Assembly (NCBI RefSeq): GCF_006345805.1 | Contig: NC_043009.1 | Location: 16,306,001 to 16,370,000 of the forward strand | From: Octopus sinensis | Lineage: Eukaryota | Direction of reading: 5' to 3' | Length of the DNA: 64,000 nt | In this document: positions 1 through 12,909 of the stretch, piece by piece | Layout of the letters: each line of letters starts with the position of its first letter | How positions within the stretch are numbered: the stretch's first letter is position 1 | Made by a program: the position numbers and the translations under genes | Notes under the pieces: model-generated | What the model was told of the DNA's origin: nothing | Databases searched by the model: none | The model's input: the letters and a program-made list of their open reading frames with translations, nothing else

Positions 1-90
1 ACTAGGCTTACAAAGAATAAGTCCTGGGGTCGATTTGCTCGACTGAAGGCGGTGCTCCAGCATGGCCACAGTCAAATGACTGAAACAAGA
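1..90 (+). mobile_element. 3' end of SINE family A
   Basis: actaggcttacaaagaataagtcctggggtcgatttgctcgact...cagtcaaatgactgaaac matches the 3' part of full copies at 12.3, 29.1, 38.5 and 45.7 kb. Confidence 0.9.
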
Positions 91-676
91 CAGTTTCTTT
101 TAGCCAATAGCAATAAAAATAAAAGTCTAATTATATTTTTACAGATCATAAGATATCAATGCCATATTATGACATTCATAGATTTCCATATATAGCAGTG
201 ACGAAGTTTGAAAGAAATATCTTCAAATTGCTGAGAGGAAAATAGCTAGCGATAGTCATATCTTCGTTAGAAGTATCATCAAGCGCCGTAAATGAAGAAC
301 AACTGATTCAAAGAATTTTTAATGTAATAAAACTAAGAAGCGAAGGCAATGAGAACGTAGAATGGACACATTAAATTGATTAACATACATGGTTTTAAAA
401 TGGTAAGTTAATATAATGATGCCTTTGTGCATGTTATGTAAAGTGTTCGTCAGTGACACGTTAATAACTCGAGTTTATGACGTATGGAACAAGCGTTTTG
501 CATTTTGTGAGTGTTGTTAAATTGTGCATCAATCCAGTCATTAAGTCATCGATATCCAGCTGTCGCTTGACTGGTTGTTCTTTTAATATGCTACAGGCTC
601 ATCTTCAAACATTTGTTTTCCTGCCACTAGCTTCAACAATTTTCACTATTATTAATAAAAGAAAATAAAACAAACT

Positions 677-695
677 ATTATTATTATCATCATCA

Positions 696-789
<94 letters not shown>

Positions 790-792
790 CAG

Positions 793-842
<50 letters not shown>

Positions 843-870
843 ATCATCATCATCATCATCATCATCGTCG

Positions 871-922
<52 letters not shown>

Positions 923-945
923 AAATCATCGTCATCATCATCACC
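677..945. repeat. compound (ATT)n/(ATC)n microsatellite
   Basis: Direct reading; source of the poly-M/N/I/L ORFs. Confidence 0.98.
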
Positions 946-1309
946 AACAACATAATTTATTATTATATTTTTTTTGTTTTGAACATTTAGATACTTGTTT
1001 TCTACCATACCATCAACTTCAATTTCGCTTTATCTTTCGGGGATATTAAATCATGTTTGCATGTTAGATCAGTATTTCTTTATTGTTGATACTATTTTAT
1101 AGTTATCTGGTTTATATTGCATTGTATACAGTATGGGCAATGTGAGCCGAGTGCTTTGTTGGATGATGATGGAAAGGAGTTGAGTATTATTTCAAAAGGG
1201 CTTATTTGGGCTCTGTTGAACTATTGGCTGTTAATTGAACAGAGAATAAATTTCCTGCATGCACCAGGTCTAATCATGTAACAGTATGCTGTGCATGTTG
1301 ATATATATA

Positions 1310-1353
<44 letters not shown>

Positions 1354-1382
1354 CACAGGCACATACATATATACGTATATAT

Positions 1383-1780
1383 ACTAGCAACTAAGCCCGG
1401 TTTTACCCGGTGTGTTTGGATGATGTAGCTGTGATCGTTTTCGATTAGGCATAATCTATATAACACCGTTTCTCAACCTTATCATTTCGAGTCCCCTGTT
1501 TCGATTGGAGCCTCCAGCTGTATGAAAACTTTTTGACCCCACCCCATCAGAAAACAACTGGTTGTTTTAATGCCGGAAGAAAGAAGGGAATTCCATTAGA
1601 AAAGGTTTTAATCGATTATCTCGGTAAATATGGAGGCTATGAAAAACACACAAACTGCATTCCAATCTATGCACCCGTCTCCACATGTGTGGCATTTTTC
1701 ACGCGAATCCACCCAGCTGTTTGGCTGTGAACCTCAAGACAAGAAAGAATACAACGATCGCCTATGTCCAATTTATATTA
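1383..1780 (-). mobile_element. non-autonomous Helitron-like element
   Basis: The minus strand ends in a ccgg-gtaaaa-ccgg hairpin about 10 nt before CTAG (plus: actagcaactaagcccggttttacccgg), flanked by (TA)n. The 5' TC end is not clearly preserved. Confidence 0.45.
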
Positions 1781-1804
1781 TATATATATATAATTACACA
1801 GGCG

Positions 1805-1836
<32 letters not shown>

Positions 1837-1946
1837 TATGTATATATTCAAAATAGCTGACGACTAGCATCAAGCTTCAAACTCAAGAGTATCAAGAAAT
1901 TTTAATGAAACTGTTTGATTCATATGTGTGTGTGTGTGCGTGCATA

Positions 1947-1987
<41 letters not shown>

Positions 1988-2364
1988 TATATATATATAT
2001 TTATTTATATATATATATATATAGTGTGTGTGTGTGTGAGGGATATATGGATTCATAGAATCGTGTGGCATTCACACAAAGTTCCTCTAATGGACTCGGC
2101 TAACAGACCCCTTAGTAATATAATACAAAGGAGTATAATGGAGTATTCTACGCAGCTGGAATCCATGACATCCAATTGATTGCATTATTTCCTGAGGAGT
2201 ATATAAACTAGAAAATGTCAAGAGGAATGACAGGTGAAAATATTTATTTAGCCACTTGACATCCTTGGGATTACCATAGTTACGAATCTTTCTTCATGTA
2301 ATAATAATTTCAATATATAATAAATTATAGAGTTGAACCGTTGGTATAACTAGAATGTCTTGGT

Positions 2365-2520
2365 GACCTGATGAGGTAGCTTTCTTTGTTTGCATTGTTT
2401 TTAGAATATACAATTGCATTGTATAATGCGTAGCATGTACACTAATGTAGAATTGTAAAAATAAAATATCATACACTGAAATTATCATTACATAAAGAAT
2501 GCTGCGAAACGGCCGTAGTC
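2365..2520 (+). ncRNA. type I hammerhead ribozyme motif with very long stem II
   Basis: gac CTGATGA (2368-2374) g gtagctttctttgt...ataaagaatgctgc GAA ACGGCCGT (palindrome 2509-2516) A gtc. Stem I is gac/gtc; stem II pairs over about 14 bp with one mismatch. Confidence 0.65.
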
Positions 2521-2699
2521 CTGAGGATAACAAGTGGTTAAATATATTCACGTCTCATACCTCCTTACGTTTTATAATTTACATGTGTGTGTGTGTGTGT
2601 GACTGTGTCTATGTGTGTCTGTGTATGTGTCTGTGTGTGTCTGTGTCTGTGTGTATGTGTGTGTGTCCAAGAAAGAAGATTCTGCAATTTCTTGCTAAA

Positions 2700-2895
2700 T
2701 AACGTGCATAAATGATTTGTCAATAGTGATCAAACGCTTGTGCTATGCGTTACTCTCTCCGTAATCAGATGCACGTTGTACCACATGTCAGATATCGAAG
2801 TGATTGCAGAGCAACATCAGAGGAAGAATACAACGCACCACCCGGACTAGGAACTGAAACCACAACCTCGCAATAGCGCGTGCGTCCCTAACCAC
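2700..2895 (-). mobile_element. tRNA-headed SINE (separate family)
   Basis: The minus strand begins ggtggttaggg...gaggttgtggtttcagttcc, with A/B-box-like motifs. Confidence 0.55.
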
Positions 2896-2946
2896 CCTCA
2901 CACACCCTCACACACACACATGCACACACACGCACACAGACACACA

Positions 2947-2983
<37 letters not shown>

Positions 2984-3244
2984 CCGAGTGTGTATCTATG
3001 TATCTATGCTTGTATATAGAAGTAAAAATCGTAGAAATAACATTAGTAAAATTATGAGGTATGGGGATGAGGAATGAGGAAACAAATACCTCGCGGAATC
3101 AGACAAATGAAAGCAAGTGCCTGAAAAGCGTAGAATTGTAAATCAAAGCAGAAAAGTAATTATCTAAGAAAGGTACAACCGTCAATGAAAGGAATAGAAG
3201 AGAAATTGATGCTTCGAGTAATACCTGTTTATTTAAGAGAAGAA

Positions 3245-3425
3245 CCGTTAGCACACCGGGAAAAATGCTAAGCGGCATTTCGTTTGACTTTGCCTTTCAT
3301 CCTTTCGCGGTCGATAAAATAAGTATCAGTTGTCGGTGTAATTGACTTTACCACCACCCACCACCCACCCGCCCACGACCAACCACCACCATGAACATGC
3401 TGGCCGGGATCCAAAATGTGAAACC
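3245..3425 (+). mobile_element. SINE family B
   Basis: cgttagcacaccggg...gactttgcctttcatcctttcgcggtcgataaaataagta core, shared with about 20 copies in the window. Confidence 0.85.
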
Positions 3426-4299
3426 ATTTAAGAGAAGAAAGAGAAGTGAGAAGCAAGAGAAAGAGAAAATAAATGAACGTTACTGCATATATGACATCTA
3501 TTACGAAGACACTTTATTTTCATTTCATCAGAGAGAAGGAAAACAATAGCAATGATTTTAAATAATACATTAAATCGTATAAATCAATTCTTAAGTTGTC
3601 TTCCGTATTTGCTGGAATAATTAAAACTACATTAATCATTCACTAATACCAGTTTTTCCTCGGAGCCTATTTATTTCTACTTGGTTTTTAAATGCGTAAT
3701 AAATGTATTAACACAACATATTAACAGGAGAAACCCTCCTTCTCACTGACAGTTGCGTGGAGAATGTTTTGTTAATAAAATATTGATTGAAAGATTGGCC
3801 AATGAAAGAGGGAGGAGAGTTAAAACGGATGCAACTATGTTTCACCCTACAAATGAGTGACTTCACAAGCAGACAGAAGATAAATGGTACAAGTCATCGA
3901 TAGAAATGTGCTGGTTTTACTAAAAAATTAACGAATAGGGTAAACTTAATTTCTAACAGGTGGGGATGTTGTTAGTTCCAAATAAATGTTATTCAAACAT
4001 CCAGTCTAATGATTTGGTGAAAATACTAAAATGGGCACAACTTGAAATAAATCCCCTGATTTTAGACTGGTATACATCTAAGCATCAACACGAAAACACA
4101 TTCACATGGGCACACACACACAGACATACAAACACACACACACACATATATATATACAAGAGCGCTAACATGCCATCTTAAAGGTAGTGCTTTGGCAATG
4201 ACAGTCATTTTTATTGAAAGGCATTATTTATATGTATTTTAAGTTTCATGGCTTTTTTCTGTTTTTGTGTTATTCTTCAGTTCTGTATTTCCTTTTGTG

Positions 4300-5290
4300 G
4301 GTTGGGAGCGGTTATCTTTACTTGTGTCTGTCATCCTTTCTTATAGTTATAAATATTCTCTTGTCTGTTGTGCTATATTCTACATTCATTTAATAACTAC
4401 TATTTCTTAATTTGGGGTTATATCGTTATTATTGTTTTCTGAGTTCTTCATTTTCTATCCTTTGTTGTTCTTTTCTTTTCTTTCTATTAATTTCTATTCA
4501 TTTATTCTATTCTTTCTATTCTTTTATTCCCATTTCTTCAGTTATAATTATATTCATGCTGTTTATTTTTGTTCGTTTATAAATGGTTATATTCTGAATT
4601 CTACATCTTTGGCGAGATACTTGTTAGTTCAAATTTGTTTTATTATTAAGTCTCCATCTATGATTATGTCCTTCGTTGTTATTATTTCTTGTTCAGCTTT
4701 TGTTATCTTCTAAGTTATTCATATTTGATTATATTCCTAGATCTCTTATATGATTTGTTGATAGTTTACCGTTCATTCATGTAATTTTTCTTGTCCATTT
4801 ACTTTTGTCATTCTCAAATTGAAATATAGTCTTCATTTAATCGCACTTTTCTTTGGTCATGTTTATCTCCATTTGTTTCTGAGTCTACGGTTTTTTGTTC
4901 ATTACATTAATTTGGTTCTATATTTATGTAATCTTCGTGTCTTCTTAAATATACCACAGTCGTGTCATTTCAATACTTCTCTTCTTTTGTTATAGCCTTG
5001 ATTTGTCATTTATGGTTCTATTTGTATACATCTATATTTGGGTATATGTCCTTCATGAGTGAGTATAAACGCGGTACTCATTATATATATATATATATAT
5101 TGTTAGTTCTGTATTTTGGATTTTCTTATTTTTGGTTTTGTTCTGAGTTTTTCATCCTTAATTATATTCTTGGTTATTCATTCTTGATTCTAGTATTCGT
5201 TCACCAATTAAAGTAGAACAAAGTTCTGGTTCTTTGCCTTTGATTATATTCTTATCCCAACATCTTTGCTTATACACATTATTTGGTTTT
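4300..5290 (-). pseudogene. heavily decayed LINE-like coding relic
   Basis: A-rich minus strand with many stops; an IRDLGI motif (ataagagatctaggaata) resembles the post-RT xKDLGV motif of CR1/L2 LINEs. Weak. Confidence 0.3.
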
Positions 5291-5307
5291 GGGAGATACA
5301 TACACAC

Positions 5308-5402
<95 letters not shown>

Positions 5403-5418
5403 CATTCATACATACATT

Positions 5419-5490
<72 letters not shown>

Positions 5491-5686
5491 TACTAAATTT
5501 AGATTCAGTAGGGTATATAATATCACTTGCTAAAATCAGAGCCAATGCTCCAAAACCACCAGAAACTCACAATAAATAATACATCTTTATAATATATATA
5601 TATATATAATATATATATATATATTATATATATATATATATATATTAAAAAAGGAGATGTGGAACACGAGGGACTCTTGCAGTCAA

Positions 5687-5724
<38 letters not shown>

Positions 5725-5868
5725 TATATATATTACTAGACATCTTTGATTTATCTTCGTTTATAGTTTAAGTATATCCTTGACTTAATTAATCATCTGA
5801 AAGTAGCGTCACTTGAAAGTGACGCTTTGTTCTGCTCTTCATGTCAAGGGCATCATGCTTATATGAAC

Positions 5869-5967
5869 GTTTACATTGACGCAACGAGGTACATGTTAAC
5901 ACATGGAAAATTCAATCAGATTGAATCTTCCATGAGTTAACATGTCCCTCCTTGCGACAATGTAAAC
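5869..5967. other. ~99-nt imperfect foldback hairpin
   Basis: gtttacattgacgcaacgaggtacatgttaacacatggaaaattcaatc pairs with gattgaatcttccatgagttaacatgtccctccttgcgacaatgtaaac. A second 9-bp hairpin lies at about 5805-5826. Confidence 0.85.
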
Positions 5968-6199
5968 TTCCATCTAATCAAGATATTATTGGCCGGATCT
6001 TATCTACTTCATTTCTTAACTCTTGTACGTATACATAGATAGATAGATGCATACATACATACGTACATATATGCGTACATGCGTACGTACATACATACAC
6101 ACACACATACACACACACACATACATACATATATACATATAAATATCGTTCTCATATTTGCTCATGTTTAGTTCATTGTTTTAACTTTGATTATCAATA

Positions 6200-6360
6200 C
6201 TCCAGCTGAGTTCTGGGTTCAAATTACCCCGAGGTCGACTTTGCCTTGTATTCTTTCAGGGTCGATAAAATAAGTACAGGTTGAATACTGGGGTCGATGT
6301 AATCGACATGTCCTCTGCTTCGAACTTGCTGGCCTTGTGGCAAAATTTGAAATCAATATT
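6200..6360 (+). mobile_element. SINE family B
   Basis: gagttctgggttcaaatt...gaggtcgactttgcc...ggtcgataaaataagta. Confidence 0.85.
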
Positions 6361-7389
6361 TGGTACTCCATCCTTAGTATTTTTAATAATTCCTCAGCTA
6401 CAATTGCGCTTTTGTTTGTATTTACAGTAGCTTTATTTTTGTTATAAATCTTTATTTTTTGTATTTGTGTATGTTTGTTTGTTTACACTCTGTGTTCATT
6501 ATCATTTGTTGCATCGTTGGTGTTTTATCTTCAGTGGTATTTGTGGTTTGTTATGGTTACATATAGTTTCCGTTCTTCATCTTTTATTACATTCTTGTTT
6601 CTTCATGTTTGGTTGTATTCATTGTCTTCCATCTTTAATTACATAATTGATTGTTCGTATTTGTTGATATTGTTTATTCCAAATCTTTGTCGATAGTATT
6701 GTAACTTCATCGTTGGTTATACTCTTGGCTCATCATCTTTGGTTATATTGACTGTTTAACTTCTGGTTATATTCTTTGTTTCCTGGTTGCTACTTGTTGA
6801 TAAGTTTTGATCATACCTTTCTTCTGCTGTTTTTTTAAATATACATTCTATTCCCTATTTCTATTTTTTATTTCGATCTATTTTGTTAAAGTTGATTATT
6901 TTTCAATACCTGATAATTTTCTGTTCTATAAATAAAAGAAACACGGTTGTCCTTCTAAATTAGCTATTGCCTGCAGAAGAGGAGGGGGTCATCTTTGCAG
7001 TTTAGACCCAAAAATCTGCCTCGCCATTCCGGATGCGGAAAAGGAGTAAACATTAATAGGATTATCAATTTCATCTGTTTTCGCCTCTTGTTTTAGAGTA
7101 TAAGTTTCTCACGTAATATACACTGTTACACAGTCATTACTTTTTATGGATATATTTGCCGAAAGATTCCACTGATCTAATAACTGCACGTTTCACTGAT
7201 CTAACAACTACACGTACTTCTAAATAATAATAACCGTCGTTTATCTGAAATACAGAAATTTGAATTATGAAAATCCACATTATAGTTTGTTTTGTGTTTT
7301 TTTAACTGTAACAAATTATCATAACGCCTGTAATGTGGATAACCATTAACGTCCTGACTGTAATTTCCAGTTAATACTTTGGATATTGC

Positions 7390-7612
7390 TAAGGCGGCGA
7401 GCTAGGAGAATCGTTAGCATGCCTGGCAAAATGCTTAGCGGCATTTTGCCCCGTCTTTACGTTCTTAGTTCAAATTCCGCGGCAGTCGACTATACCTTTC
7501 ATCCTTTCAGGGTTGATAAAATAAGTACCAGTAAAATACTGTGGTCGATGTAATCGATTTGCCCTTTCCTCCGAAATTGCTGGCCTTGTGCCAAAATTGG
7601 AAATTAATATTT
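7390..7612 (+). mobile_element. SINE family B, full length
   Basis: tRNA-like head ggcggcgagctaggagaatcgttagc, B-box gttcaaattcc, core and 3' ggccttgtgccaaaattgg. Confidence 0.9.
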
Positions 7613-9238
7613 TGGATATTGCATATGACATTTAATTTCAACCATGTATGATGCAATTGGGTTATAGACCACATAGCAGATACAAATCTATTGTTTTAAA
7701 ATATAATTCAGTAATATTATATTTAGGGAAGATAACTGAAATCAGTTTATTGTATAACAATCCTCTATTTTTATTAATTCATTTGTTTAACTGAACAGAT
7801 ATGTCCTTTTGGTGCGAAGCATTTCCTACAGCGCCTTAGTATAATTTCAGTAACTTCTACAGGGGATCCATTGTCTCTCTTCAGATTGCAAATGTAGGGA
7901 ATTGCTGTGTCTATTTTTTTTTTTTAATTAGGCATCTTGGGTATTAATAGCATTCAAGTATCTTTTGCTATTTTTTTTTTCTGAAATAGAGCTTCGGGAT
8001 TCATTATCATGCAATATTGTTTGAAGTGATCTCAAGATAATTCTATCGAGAGTGCGTAGAATTTGTATCTTCCGATGCAGCTGATATTGGTTTAACACGT
8101 AACCGCTGGAGGAAAAACTAAGAAAATTACCCAAATGGATCATAAAAATGATTTCAGTTACTTTCGCTTTTCAGGTTGTTATTGCACGTGTATTCCAAAA
8201 TTGAAAAAGCGGGATTATAGTGGATAAGATCAAGCGTCTTTTTGTTTTGTTTTGGTATTCTTTCTTAAATCAGTTTCTAGCTGATGTGCATCAAACCATT
8301 TATGATCACATGGACTACGGTACAGTGAATATCGATAAAAGAGTAGTCACACAGCCAAACTTTAGATAAATGTAAAGAGCAAATCTCCGTTCTTAATTTT
8401 CAGAGCATATTAAAATTGATGCTAATCGATAAAACACCTAACCATGTATTTTATGGTTTATACACAAATTTTCTATTTGAATTGTTCGCTTTAGTGGCTG
8501 TTGCCTCTAAAGATGTAAAAGATTAAGCTGAATTGTAATCCCTAATGTTAGCTCAAGGTTAATACTCTTTACGTGAAGTTTAATGTCCTCCAAGCTCTGA
8601 AGGTGGATCTTGGATTGGAGGTACCACTAAATTTCCATAACACCAGTTGAGCTCAACATTTGCCTTTGAGCTACTTAAAATTCTGCCTTCAACTCACATA
8701 TTTGCACCACATTTAGAACATTTAGCATCCAGGTTCGCAGAATAGCTTCTATTACTGTTTCTTCAATTCATTAATTAATTTTTGCTTTGAAATAGTTTTC
8801 CAGCTTTATAATTCTATTTCAAACAGCTACAACAAACTATTTTTTGGTTTTAATTTACTACACGAATCTATGCGCCTTTCCTCTATGATGTTCGTCATTT
8901 ATTTTTATGTGCTTTTGCATTAGACTTGTTCAGTTATTAGCATATCTTTGTAATATTTCTCTTTCGCTCATACAGCTGTTTGGTATCGCTGTATCGTCAC
9001 ACTGCTACATTGTGGTTCATATTCATAAATACGTGGAAGGTACCAACGTGAAGTAAAATGTGTTAATCCCACTCAACATATTAAGCACAATATATGTAAT
9101 AAAGGGTAATTGTTGTTTGAACATTTTCCAGCTTGAAGTAATGATGCAGGAGCATGTTTATCCGATGTGTGTGTGTGTGTGTGTGTTTGTCTACACATAT
9201 ATATAGAGACATATTTATACACATACACACACACACAC

Positions 9239-9290
<52 letters not shown>

Positions 9291-9309
9291 ATATACTAAT
9301 TTATAATTA

Positions 9310-10556
9310 TATAATGAAATTATATCAAAGAGTGCAGATAAACACCACCAACATGCTAGAAACAGACGCCAAATGGCTCTAAAAACCACATCTATACTCG
9401 GTTCCCACATGTTGTAAGTGGCAGATGAAAAAATGAAATATTTTTGAAAACTATTTCTTGCTCAGGGTTGTAAAACCCCTAGCTGTCTTCAGTACAATAT
9501 GCCAAAGTATACAGACGCAAATATTTATGCATATCCATAAGAACATGCCCGCACGATTATATACATACATTTACATGTATACACTAGTAAAAGTCTAATT
9601 TTTTCTTATCTCAACCACATACTTTTATTATCAAAATAATCTCACAGAGAACGCAATTTGATCAGGAGTTAAACTATAAATTATATTCAAAATTAACGAT
9701 AAAATCACATTAGTGGTTTTATCAAGTGGCCAGCGTGAACTAAAAACCTTGTAGGTAACAATTTATACTACTTTATAATTATATAATATAATTATATTAA
9801 AGGGTGCGGATAAACCCCACCAACACGCTAGAAACAGACGCCGAATGGCCCAAAAAACCACATCTGTACTCCGTTAGCATAGGTTGTAAGCGAGCAGATG
9901 AAAAAAATGAATAAGAGTTTTTGAACAAGATAGTTAATTGTAGATCGAGTTCTGGCTTGTGGTTGTAAAACCCTTTGCTGTCTTCAGTAATTATAAATTA
10001 GTATAAATTGTTACCTAAAAGGTTTTTATTTCACGCTGACCACTTGATAAAATCATTAAAGTGGTTTTATCCTTAATTTTGTATAAAATACATATTTTTG
10101 CTCCTGATCAAATTGCATTCGCTGCAAGATTATTTTAATAATAAAAGCACATGGTTATAAGAAAAAAATAGATTTTTACAAGTGTATACATGTAAATGTA
10201 TGTATATAATCGAACGGATATGTTGTTCTTATGGGTATGCATAAATATTTGCACCCATATAATTTGGCATATTGTACTGAAGACAGCTAGGGGTTTTAAA
10301 ACCCTAAGCTAGAAATTAACTATCCTTTTTCAAAAATCTTATTCTTTTTTTCATCTGCCTGCTTACAACCTATGCTAACGGAGTAAAGATGTGGCTTTTA
10401 GAGCCATTTGGCGTCTGTTTCTAGCGTGTTGGTGGGGTTTGTCCACACCCTTTAAAATAATTATATTATATAATTATATATTAGTATAAATTGTTATCTA
10501 CAAGGTTTTTAGTTCACGCTGGCCACTTGATAAAATCATTAAAGTGGTTTTATCTT
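9310..10556. repeat. ~480-bp unit array: 1.4 direct copies followed by 1.15 inverted copies, each unit carrying a decayed hammerhead-like motif
   Basis: Unit starts at about 9329 and 9801. After a breakpoint near 9990 the unit is inverted, with agtataaattgtt at 10000 and 10483. CTGAAGA lies at 9492-9486 (-), 9987-9981 (-) and 10277-10283 (+). Confidence 0.9.
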
Positions 10557-11150
10557 TTTGTATAAAATGTGTGTGTGAGTGCGTGTGCGTGTGTATGTGT
10601 GTGCATTAAATATAATAGATTTGGGTATGAAATAGAAAATATATATATGTATACATGTAAAACGAGAGAAAGTAAAGGCTGGAGACCTTCAGATGATGAA
10701 GTTTTAAGTATAAATATATAGATATATTCCATTAAGATCTGACATTTAAGAGCTTCTCGACCCTAATTTCGGAGGCTCGTCTTATCCAGTTTTAATTGTA
10801 TCCATAGGGCCACATATTTTGATAAACTACATCTGCTAATATCATTATGAATCGCCGAGCCCCCAGAAACAGTTCTTGGACTTAAAACACCTTTCTTCCA
10901 CCCCTTTAATTTTCTCTCATCTGTACTCTGTGCTAGTTGGGCCTATTAATATAAACGTCCATATATTTAGACTTACAAAATTTGCCATTTGCATGTCTCC
11001 GCCTTTTACTTGCTCTCGTTTTGCATGTATCCATATACAAATATTTTTGTATTTCTTACCCAAACTAATGTATTTAATATATTTCATATATTTCATATAT
11101 TCAAGGTGTCTAATTTGTTTATCCACATAACTGCCTCTGTGTGTTTTTAT

Positions 11151-11260
<110 letters not shown>

Positions 11261-11674
11261 TTGTAAATGCTTCAGAGAATATATGATGTCTAGCTTTATG
11301 AAACTAAACGTACGTAACTAAAATTAATTACACCATAAATCGTTCAACTTTAATATAAGCAATGTAATGATTAAGCCTGACTGCAATATATATATGCGAG
11401 TTTTTTTTAAATGTCATTGCAATCGACAGCAAAATGAAAATATCTATTGAGAAACAACCACTCATCAAAATTATAAGACACATACAACACAAAATTGTTG
11501 GAAACGAAAGTTAAATGAATGCATTTCAGCTTAGACGTAAACGGTGAAGCATATCACTTAAATGAAAAAAGACAGCACAAACATAGGATATACAGATTGA
11601 CATTCAACGTATTACATTTAAATATGAATTTGACTGAGTGAAAATAAAGTGATAACTCTCTCTCTCTCTCACTC

Positions 11675-11712
<38 letters not shown>

Positions 11713-12115
11713 CAGAGAGAGAGAGAGAGAGTTCCGGAGAACAATTGATAAATATTTCCTTATACATATACATACCTCCATAGACATAAATACTTTCGAT
11801 CTCTCCCTCGCCTCTCTCTCGCTCCTTCTCTCTCTCTCGGTGTATATATTTTTGATTTCTATTTTTAGGGATGCAGTGCTCATGTTGTACCCTTGTATAC
11901 ACCTATATATATACATGCGAGTGTGTGTGTGTGTGTATCTTATATATATATTCTATTAATTTTGCTTGTACGGCTGGTATTCGCTGTCACCTCTGATGGC
12001 ATTTCATTTTTACTTATAAATAATTTCACATATTTCGTTTGTTTAAATGGTGTTTAGCCACTTCAAAAGAATTTTCAGGCATGAAAGGGACAAATTTTAG
12101 GAGTTGTTGGCTGGC

Positions 12116-12176
12116 AGTTTGGCTGACGAGAATCAGGCACTGTTTGGCGCTAAATTCGAAATCATGATATCAAATT
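12116..12176 (+). ncRNA. type I hammerhead ribozyme motif, core intact
   Basis: agtttgg CTGACGA (12123-12129) gaat...attc GAA ATCATGAT (palindrome 12161-12168) A tcaaatt. Stem I is 7 bp including 2 GU; stem II is closed by G-C. Confidence 0.8.
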
Positions 12177-12286
12177 AAACAGCTGACCTAACAGAGGTAA
12201 GACGATTTTATGGTTCACTGGGATATTTTCCTACCATGGTTGTATTAATTTTGTCACTATTCCGTGGCACAGAACTATTATTTTAT

Positions 12287-12680
12287 TGTGTGGTTCCTGG
12301 TTCAGTCCCACTGCGTGGCACCTTAGGTAAGTGTCTTCTACTATATCTTTGTGAGTGGATTTGGTAGACGGAAACTGAAAGAAGCCAGTCGTATGTATAT
12401 ATAGGTGTGTGCGTGTGTGTGTGTGTTTGCGTGTGTGTGTGTGTGTGGGTGGGTGTGTGTGTGTGTATTTGTGTGACTGTGTTTGTCCCCCCGCCAACAT
12501 CGCTTGACAACCGATGCTGGTGTGTTTACGTCCCCGTAACTTAGCGGTTCGGCAAGAGAGAGCCGATAGAATAAGTACTAGGATTACAAAGAATAAGTCC
12601 TGGGGTCGATTTGTTCGACTAAAGGCGGTTCTCCAGCATAGCTGCAGTCAAATGACTGAAACAAATAAAACAAAAGAAAA
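12287..12680 (+). mobile_element. SINE family A with internal (TG)n
   Basis: ggttcagtcccactgcgtggcacc...cgtccccgtaacttagcggttcggc...cagtcaaatgactgaaac. Confidence 0.92.
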
Positions 12681-12721
12681 AAGAAAAAAATATGTATGTA
12701 TGCATGTATGTATGCATGTAT

Positions 12722-12769
<48 letters not shown>

Positions 12770-12866
12770 ATTAATTTTGCCTGTACGGCTGGTATTTGCT
12801 GCCACTGGTGATGGTATCTTGATAGCACTATCACTCTCATATCTACATATATATATATATATAAGA

Positions 12867-12909
<43 letters not shown>

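Noticed and set aside
144-249. Possible terminal exon after ttttacag (HKISMPYYDIHRFPYIAVTKFERNIFKLLRGK*)
   Set aside because: Short, no recognisable homology, and no upstream exon visible in the window.
605-1049. Long homopolymeric ORFs here and at 5.2, 16.1, 20.7, 24.2, 52.5, 53.4, 57.0 and 62.7-63.7 kb
   Set aside because: Translations of microsatellites.
1851-1895. CTGACGA..gcttcAAACTCAAGAGTA hammerhead-like string
   Set aside because: G12 is missing and stem I does not pair; at best a decayed relic.
5775-5850. Minus-strand ccttgac/gtcaagg stem enclosing ATGAAGA, a hairpin and ATTAAT
   Set aside because: Too many core deviations to call a hammerhead.
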